Shown in pieces: positions 36,901 through 43,476 of a stretch of DNA of 64,000 nt. The DNA comes from an uncultured Dehalococcoidaceae bacterium. GTDB lineage: Bacteria; Chloroflexota; Dehalococcoidia; Dehalococcoidales; RBG-16-60-22. Location of the stretch: contig CAZCZJ010000001.1 in NCBI GenBank assembly GCA_964503235.1, positions 5,851 to 69,850 on the forward strand, given 5' to 3'. Position 1 is the stretch's first letter, and each line of letters starts with the position of its first letter. A program made the position numbers and the translations under genes. Below the pieces are notes generated by a model. The model ran no database searches, was not told the DNA's origin, and was given only the letters and a program-made list of their open reading frames with translations.

Positions 36901-37225
36901 TGTAGCTGGCCGTCATCAGGGGGTCGTGGGCGACATTCACGCCGACGTGCTTCATGATAGCTAACGAACGCAGACCGCTCACGGAACCCGCGATAGCTAC
37001 TTCCAGGGCAACTTTCTCATTTACCGACCACTCGGCGTAAAAACCGATGTCTTTAGAGACATTGATCAGCGTTTCCGTGATTTCACTCGACGGCGTACCG
37101 GGGTATGCCGCCACGCATTGGACACCGGCTTCAATGGCACCCCTGGCGAATGCTTCGTTCCCGAGCATGAACAGCCTGGCACCGGGGGCATCGGAACTGA
37201 CCGTTAACTCAGCTACTTCGTTCAA
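33920..37225 (-). CDS. IorA-type 2-oxoacid:ferredoxin oxidoreductase alpha subunit with an inserted GltD/NfnB-like Fe-S + FAD/NAD(P)H module before the C-terminal 2x[4Fe-4S] domain
   Basis: 1101 aa. Residues 1 to ~590 form the IorA TPP module ([17 protein letters not shown]...GDSTFFHSG). Residues ~590-1030 form the GltD-like module (CQATCP...[73 protein letters not shown]). The C-terminus is CLSCDCRIC...[12 protein letters not shown]. Confidence 0.85.
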   Translation of the reverse strand: [1101 protein letters not shown]

Positions 37226-37407
37226 TATTTTCCTCCTGACCAGAGGGTTTGCCTCTGAGGATAATCACTTAATAGTTACGATATTTTGCGGTTAGGTGAA
37301 TAGTTGAGGAAAAGCTTGCCTTCATAGTCATTTTACACATTTACCAACATACAAGGCAAACGTAGTATAATTATTTACCTGAGAATTGATTTACACAGGA
37401 TAGTATT

Positions 37408-37938
37408 ATGAGAAGTATAATTTATAGGTTGGCTAAAAGCACTTCTCCGTTTCTTATTCTTACCCTGCTACTTGCCTTTGCGTGTCTTTCTGCCTGTAAT
37501 AATGAGCCTGGCTTCGGTATCTACCTGGTCGATAGCGGGGAGCTGGTGTTATCCGAGCATCATATTAAGGCATATTATAAGGATTCTCATACCATTGAGT
37601 TGAACGAAGAAGGGATAGAGAAATGGAACTCCTACATGACTTACGGTGGCATACCCAAGCTTCAGGAAACCCTGTATCAGGATGATTTCGTCGTTAAATT
37701 AAAAGGTAAAGAGATTTACAGAGGAAAATTCTATTCAATGGTATCTTCTTTGTCCTATTCTGGGGTCGTTATTCTAGATGCACTGATGAAACTTGATGAA
37801 AGCCATAACACTATCGTAATAGACTGGGGTTATGGCCCGGTTCTGCATACCGGGGAAGACCCTAGAAATAACCAGGAAGTCTTTGATTATTTAGAGAATA
37901 AGGGTCTCTTAAATCCCGGGGAGAAATCACTTTTTTAG
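37408..37938 (+). CDS. Hypothetical lipoprotein
   Basis: Signal peptide with lipobox (LLLAFACLSACNN). I recognise no family. Confidence 0.55.
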   Translation: MRSIIYRLAKSTSPFLILTLLLAFACLSACNNEPGFGIYLVDSGELVLSEHHIKAYYKDSHTIELNEEGIEKWNSYMTYGGIPKLQETLYQDDFVVKLKGKEIYRGKFYSMVSSLSYSGVVILDALMKLDESHNTIVIDWGYGPVLHTGEDPRNNQEVFDYLENKGLLNPGEKSLF

Positions 37939-37940
37939 GA

Positions 37941-38327
37941 ATGAAAAGAATGGGGGAACTAATCATGCTCGTACCGCATCTATATTTCAACGGAAGAAGT
38001 GAAGAAGCTATCTCACAATATGCCAAAGCGTTTGGAGCCGAGGTCAAGACGGTTATTCCCTATCCTGAAGACGAAGATAAAAAGGGTGTCAGGCATGCGG
38101 AAATATTTATCCACGGACAAAGAATCATGATGAATGATGAGGATTTGGGACCGCCATGCCTGGTAGTCATTTATGATAATAAAGAAGACTTAATACAGTC
38201 TTATGAAATAATGAAAGAAGGGGGCGAGGTCACTGCTCCCGTGCAGGAAACAGACTATAGTCCCTGTGTTGTCGGCTTCCGCGACCGGTTTGGAATCGAT
38301 TGGGCATTCATGGTGGGAAAATCCTGA
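37941..38327 (+). CDS. VOC / PhnB-like family protein
   Basis: 128 aa. The N-terminal PHLYFNGRSEEAISQYAKAFGAEV pattern is typical of PhnB/3-demethylubiquinone-methyltransferase-like VOC proteins. The exact start is uncertain. Confidence 0.6.
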   Translation: MKRMGELIMLVPHLYFNGRSEEAISQYAKAFGAEVKTVIPYPEDEDKKGVRHAEIFIHGQRIMMNDEDLGPPCLVVIYDNKEDLIQSYEIMKEGGEVTAPVQETDYSPCVVGFRDRFGIDWAFMVGKS

Positions 38328-38459
38328 TACGGTCTTTCTTAATGTCAGTGATTGACCTCATAACAATATCATTATTTTTCTGGTTCTGACGCACTGTTAT
38401 ATCCCGGCTGTAAAACCAACTTATTATTGGTTTTGGTTGGTTTCGGTTGATTGAAGATG

Positions 38460-38538
38460 CTCTCCCCCTGCCCCCTCTCAAACATATTCATTTTTCGCAC
38501 TCGTATCCCATTCTGTTTGAGAGGGGTCAGGGGTGAGG
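38460..38538. repeat. GC-rich palindromic repeat element (region D): a 24-bp imperfect inverted repeat with a 31-nt spacer
   Basis: CTCTCCCCCTGCCCCCTCTCAAAC (38460-38483) versus GTTTGAGAGGGGTCAGGGGTGAGG (38515-38538). The right arm is the reverse complement of the CCTCACCCCTGACCCCTCTC consensus seen at 16901. Confidence 0.8.
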
Positions 38539-38600
38539 TATACACCTATAAACTAAAAATAAATACGACCTTATTATTAATAAACTTTCAATTGGTATTT

Positions 38601-38629
38601 TTGTTAGTAATTATTCCTTATGATATACT
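38601..38629 (+). promoter_or_regulatory. Sigma70-like promoter candidate (TTGTTA-17 nt-TGaTATACT) upstream of moxR
   Basis: TTGTTA at 38601-38606, a 17-nt spacer ending in TGa, and TATACT at 38624-38629. Confidence 0.3.
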
Positions 38630-38686
38630 CGAATCAGGGGGAACATTTATTCTGAACTCAATCTCCTGGATTCCTCCGGACAGACA

Positions 38687-39652
38687 ATGGCAGACAACAA
38701 TCTTTCCAAAGCCCAACAACTCGCCGAGAAAATAGTAGAAAACGTAGAAAAGGTAATGGTCGGCAAGACCGAAGCAGTGCAGCTGGCCGTAATCGCCTTA
38801 ATCAGTCAGGGACATCTGCTCATCGAAGATACCCCCGGTGTCGGCAAGACAATACTGGCCAGGAGCCTGGCAAAATCAATAAATTGCAGCTTCAAAAGGA
38901 TTCAATTCACGCCCGACATGCTCCCGGGCGATATAACCGGAGTCACGATATACAACCAGAAAACCAGCGATTTCGAGTTCCGTCCCGGCCCGATTATGAC
39001 TCAGGTATTGCTGGCGGATGAAATCAACCGGGCCACACCCAAAGTACAGTCCGCCTTGCTGGAAGCCATGGGTGAGAGACAGATTACCGTGGACGGTATC
39101 ACCCGCCAAATGCCTTCGCCTTTCCATGTCCTGGCCACCCAGAATCCTATCGAATTTGAAGGAACCTTCCCCCTCCCGGAAGCACAGCTGGACAGGTTTT
39201 TACTGCGTATAAACATCGGCTACCCCACCTCGTCCGAAGAGATAGCCATAGTTGAAAATCAACAGTATATTCATCCCATCGAGCAAATCGACTACGTAGT
39301 GGATGCTTCGGACATTTTGATGATTCAAGAGACGGTTAAAGAAATATTCGTAGATAACATGATTAAGGAATACATCGTAGCACTGGTGGAGGCAACCCGC
39401 CAGCATCCCTCGATATTTCTCGGGTCTTCTCCCCGCGGCTCGCTGGCGCTTTTCCGTACGACTCAAGCCCGAGCCCTGCTGCACGGACGAGATTATGTTC
39501 TACCCGATGATGTTAAAGCCCTGGCAGAATCAGCCCTGGCCCACCGCTCTTTAATGTCGCCCGGAGGTCAGACAACGGGAAGGGATAGCCAGGCCATAAT
39601 CGCCGAGATACTGGAAACAGTACCCGTACCGGGCACAATCCCCGAACGTTAA
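38687..39652 (+). CDS. MoxR-like AAA+ ATPase
   Basis: 321 aa. Walker A LIEDTPGVGKT, Walker B LLADEINRA, and the typical MoxR length and termini. Confidence 0.9.
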   Translation: MADNNLSKAQQLAEKIVENVEKVMVGKTEAVQLAVIALISQGHLLIEDTPGVGKTILARSLAKSINCSFKRIQFTPDMLPGDITGVTIYNQKTSDFEFRPGPIMTQVLLADEINRATPKVQSALLEAMGERQITVDGITRQMPSPFHVLATQNPIEFEGTFPLPEAQLDRFLLRINIGYPTSSEEIAIVENQQYIHPIEQIDYVVDASDILMIQETVKEIFVDNMIKEYIVALVEATRQHPSIFLGSSPRGSLALFRTTQARALLHGRDYVLPDDVKALAESALAHRSLMSPGGQTTGRDSQAIIAEILETVPVPGTIPER

Positions 39653-39705
39653 AATCAGTTGGATTGGTACAACATGACAAAGTCCACTATCTCAGGATAA
39701 AAACC

Positions 39706-40944
39706 ATGAACAGACGATGGATTCTCATTATATTTCTCTTTCTTATCTTAACAATAGCCATACTCGGGGGTTTTACGCTCCTCTGGCGTTTCTTCGTATT
39801 CCTTGTCGTACTGCTGCTGCTGGGTTATTTATGGTCGTGGTTGAGTACCCGCAGACTCGAGTGCCATGTCAAAGAAACTCCCGATATCTGCCAGGTCGGT
39901 GAGCGCTTCGAGGAAGAATTTACATTAACCAACCACAATATAATACCCTCTCCACTGATTGAAACCCGGGAGGATACCGATTTACCGGGCTACAGAAACG
40001 AGTTGACCCTCAGTCTTTCTTCACGGAGTTCTTTTACCTGGAAAACCGAAGTCCATTGTCGGCATAGAGGACCCTACAGAATAGGTGCTATTAAGGTAAG
40101 GGCAGGCGACCCTCTCGGTTTCTGGCCGGTAGAACAATACGTTAGCAAGGGACAGCAAATCGTCATTTACCCGGCAACGGTAGAGCTGCCGTACTTCGAA
40201 TTATCTCCGGAGCGGCAAAGCGGAATGGGTTCGAACCGGTGGCTAGCCAGCATGGTTGGTCCCAATGCTTCCCGCGTACGCGAATATATCAACGGTGACA
40301 GTCTCCGCCACATTCACTGGCATACTACCGCTCATACCGGAAATCTTATGGTCAGTGAGTTCGACCCCGACCGTGCTAAGTCCAGCTACCAGGATATCTG
40401 GATTGTCCTTGATATGCATCGTAGTTCTCAACTCGGTGAAGACGATGAAACCACCGAGGAATACGGTATAACCGTAGCCGCATCATTGGTAAAAAAATAT
40501 CTGGACGCCGGGAAAAAGGTGGGTCTAATAACTACGGGTGACCGTTCTTATTTACTATCTCCCCAGACAGGAGAAGACCACCTGCAAAACATCCTGCACT
40601 CTTTAGCCCTGATAAAGGCTACCGGTGATGTGCCTATAAATGGCTTACTTGATTCAAGAGCAGAGCATCTTACGGCAGAATCCATCGTAATTGTTATTAT
40701 GCCCTCGGCAAATCCCGGAATAGCTAAATCGCTGCGTCACGTCATCGACCGCCACGGAAAAGTTATTGTCATCCTGCTCGATTCCTTCAGCTTCGGTGGT
40801 GTAAGCACTCCTGATAATAATACCCGCTACCTCAGTTCCGTGGGTTTTCATGTCTATATGGTCAGGCAGGGAATGGAAATATCTCGGGCGTTGGATAGCC
40901 GGTTGTATTCCTCACGATTTCAATATATGAGGGACAGAGTATAG
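39706..40944 (+). CDS. DUF58 domain-containing protein
   Basis: N-terminal TM hairpin, the REY..GD..R.IHW motif (VREYINGDSLRHIHWHTTAHTG), and its position after moxR. The start is set at MNRRWIL (39706). Confidence 0.8.
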   Translation: MNRRWILIIFLFLILTIAILGGFTLLWRFFVFLVVLLLLGYLWSWLSTRRLECHVKETPDICQVGERFEEEFTLTNHNIIPSPLIETREDTDLPGYRNELTLSLSSRSSFTWKTEVHCRHRGPYRIGAIKVRAGDPLGFWPVEQYVSKGQQIVIYPATVELPYFELSPERQSGMGSNRWLASMVGPNASRVREYINGDSLRHIHWHTTAHTGNLMVSEFDPDRAKSSYQDIWIVLDMHRSSQLGEDDETTEEYGITVAASLVKKYLDAGKKVGLITTGDRSYLLSPQTGEDHLQNILHSLALIKATGDVPINGLLDSRAEHLTAESIVIVIMPSANPGIAKSLRHVIDRHGKVIVILLDSFSFGGVSTPDNNTRYLSSVGFHVYMVRQGMEISRALDSRLYSSRFQYMRDRV

Positions 40945-40946
40945 CG

Positions 40947-43160
40947 ATGAGCAGAACTGATAAAAAGCAGGTAAATACGCCGTTATTGAAAAGCCTACGT
41001 GGAAATAAGCTGTCCCGGTTGGGCGATCGGCAGATTTGGGTAACCATTATCTTACTTTTCCTGGTCCTGGAAATTGCCGTCCTTTCGGTAGAACGGGCCC
41101 GGTGGATTACCCCCCAACCGTCATTTACTCTGATACTCGTTTTCTCGATAGCAGTGGCCTGGTATCTTGCCAGGAGTCGTCTCCCCGGTATAGTAACGCA
41201 TATCATTGCCTTGGTTGTCGGTATCGGTATAACAGCCTGGCAGACATACCAGCTGTCATCCTCCGAGACTGTAGGTTTTGCCATATTCCTCTCATTCCTG
41301 ATCTGGTTAATGGGCTATTTCTCGACATGGTATATTTTACGTCGCAATAATGCCTGGGTAGCCGTCTGCATAGGTACACTGGTTGTAATAGTAAATTTAA
41401 GCAACCTTCCGGCAAGTTATTACTTCTTCTTCGGGCTTTACTTTGTCGCCGCCATATTCCTGATAATCCGGATGCGCGTTATCAAACAAAAGAATGTATC
41501 GGGGCATGCCACGGGATTTTCCAAGCGAAGCCTGCTTTCCCCGTTAACAATACTCCTGTGTATCATCCTCGTGTCAGTTTCCTTTGCCCGGATAACTCCG
41601 GAAATGCGGATACCTCAACTCCAGACATTTATCGCGACCAAGATGTTATGGATACAGGATCTGGAAGGCTCATTTCTCAACCTGTTCGCCGAGGTCCCCT
41701 CGAAGCAGCCATTGAACACGAGCAGCACACGTCAGGACATTAAATTCGGCCCTGTCTGGAAAGAGAAAGATGATGTTGATTTCGTCATTCTTTCCCCGCA
41801 ACCTTCCTACTGGCGGATAAAAGTGTATGATACCTACACCTCTCAGGGTTGGACAAACCGCCCGGTCGTCGATAATTTACTGGCAAAAGGAGTTCCCTGG
41901 GAAGATGCCGATGCTATTACCAGCGGCGAAACAATTACTTATACGGTCACGACGAATATAAAGACAGATGCCATGTTGACGGCAGGCAGCTTTGTATCAT
42001 CGGACACCAGCGTTCTGGTAGGTGTCAGTGACAGAGACGTAATCGCGGTTACGACACCTCGCGTACTTAGCCCCGGAGAACACTATACCGTAACTTCCAC
42101 CGTCTCTTCTCCTTCATCCAGTGATCTATCCTTGGTCGGCGAAGACTATCCGTCGTCAATTGCACACGAGTACACCCGGCTACCCGCTAATTTCCCTGAT
42201 GAGATAAAACTACTGAGTAAAGATATAACCAGCGATGCCAAAACCCCCTATCAAAAGGTAACTGCCATAGATAACTACCTTTCGCAGTTTCCCTATACAC
42301 AAGAAATCGAACCTCCACCGGAGGGCGCTGATGGTGTGCAATATTTCCTGTACAACCAGAAATCCGGTTTTTGCCTTTACTTTGCCTCGGCGATGGTGGT
42401 AATGCTCCGTTCCGTCGATGTACCCGCCAGACTTGCCGTTGGTTACGTTCCGGGTGAATTCGGTGAGAATGAAGGAGAGTATATCCTGCGCAATAAGCAC
42501 TATCATGCCTGGCCTCAGGTATATTTCGCCGGCTATGGCTGGGTTGACATAGAAGCGACTCCCAGCAGCGGAGGCAGCCCGGTAAACATCGAGACCCCCT
42601 TTGTATCGACGGTCACTAATCCAGAAAATCCCCCGGTGGATGTTAACTTGTATTGGCAGACACCGGAATATTTTAGCCAGTTGTACGGGATTCCACTGGA
42701 TGAACCGGCAGTAGACTCACCCGTTTCACCGGGTGAGTCATCTTCTGGAAACGGACTTAACCGGGCCATGTATATTTTCATTATCGCAGCAGGTGCTCTG
42801 TTACTCCTATTTGTAGCCCGTCTGGCATTCCGGTCAGTGTTTCGTCGCTGGTTATGGCGGGTGGATAGAGAGCACCTGGCATCAAAGGTGTATTCCAGGA
42901 TGTGCCGACTCGCCTCAATAGTCGGACTGGAACCCAAACCACAACAGACACCGCAGGAATTCGCTAATACGCTGGCGATAGAGTTGCCCGAGCAGGCTAA
43001 TGCTCTCAATAATATTATCAGATTTTATACGGAGAACCAGTTCAGTCCCAGAAAAGGGAGATTGGGACTTGTCGAGGAGGAAATAGTTCTAAAGGCCCGT
43101 CGTGGTGTTTACATTGGTCTTCTCCAACGGCTGGGTTTGGTAAAGAAACTACTTCTGTGA
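40947..43160 (+). CDS. Transglutaminase-like membrane protein (TgpA-like)
   Basis: 737 aa. It has an N-terminal multi-pass region and a transglutaminase core with a Cys/His/Asp context (GFCLYFASAMVVMLRSVDVPARLAVGY...HYHAWPQVY...GWVDIEATP). Confidence 0.85.
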   Translation: MSRTDKKQVNTPLLKSLRGNKLSRLGDRQIWVTIILLFLVLEIAVLSVERARWITPQPSFTLILVFSIAVAWYLARSRLPGIVTHIIALVVGIGITAWQTYQLSSSETVGFAIFLSFLIWLMGYFSTWYILRRNNAWVAVCIGTLVVIVNLSNLPASYYFFFGLYFVAAIFLIIRMRVIKQKNVSGHATGFSKRSLLSPLTILLCIILVSVSFARITPEMRIPQLQTFIATKMLWIQDLEGSFLNLFAEVPSKQPLNTSSTRQDIKFGPVWKEKDDVDFVILSPQPSYWRIKVYDTYTSQGWTNRPVVDNLLAKGVPWEDADAITSGETITYTVTTNIKTDAMLTAGSFVSSDTSVLVGVSDRDVIAVTTPRVLSPGEHYTVTSTVSSPSSSDLSLVGEDYPSSIAHEYTRLPANFPDEIKLLSKDITSDAKTPYQKVTAIDNYLSQFPYTQEIEPPPEGADGVQYFLYNQKSGFCLYFASAMVVMLRSVDVPARLAVGYVPGEFGENEGEYILRNKHYHAWPQVYFAGYGWVDIEATPSSGGSPVNIETPFVSTVTNPENPPVDVNLYWQTPEYFSQLYGIPLDEPAVDSPVSPGESSSGNGLNRAMYIFIIAAGALLLLFVARLAFRSVFRRWLWRVDREHLASKVYSRMCRLASIVGLEPKPQQTPQEFANTLAIELPEQANALNNIIRFYTENQFSPRKGRLGLVEEEIVLKARRGVYIGLLQRLGLVKKLLL

Positions 43161-43476
43161 GTTATGTTCCGATATGGAATGTAAAATGCATCGCTTTTAC
43201 AATACATGCGTGTAACACCACTTTTACGCAAGAGTTGAATCCAGAATTCCGACCTATTTCTCCTGACCTGATAATCCGGCCTGTCCAAGCTATATCGTGT
43301 TTCCGTATCACATTTTACTAATATGTTAATCATGTTTAATGATTTATTTAACAAGATGCCAAAAGAACAGCGTCCAAGGTGAATCTTAAACTATGGATTT
43401 TGATCTAGCTATTCAATAGACTGTTTAGTAAGATATAATCCTAAAGGTAATAAGCAATGAGAGCCTGAGGATAGAG

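Noticed and set aside
38380-38450. AAAACCAA...TTGGTTTT hairpin after the VOC gene as an intrinsic terminator
   Set aside because: The stem is short and AT-rich, and the following tract is G/T mixed rather than a clean U-run. The evidence is too weak to annotate.
38451-38735. 94-aa plus-strand ORF upstream of moxR
   Set aside because: It is translated across the palindromic repeat element (38460-38538) and an AT-rich promoter region. This is the typical artefact of this repeat family.
43161-43476. AT-rich 316-bp intergenic region upstream of malQ, examined for small RNA, tRNA or promoter
   Set aside because: I could trace no cloverleaf or convincing stem-loops. Only a weak TATAAT (~43433) without a good -35 was found, so nothing supports an annotation.
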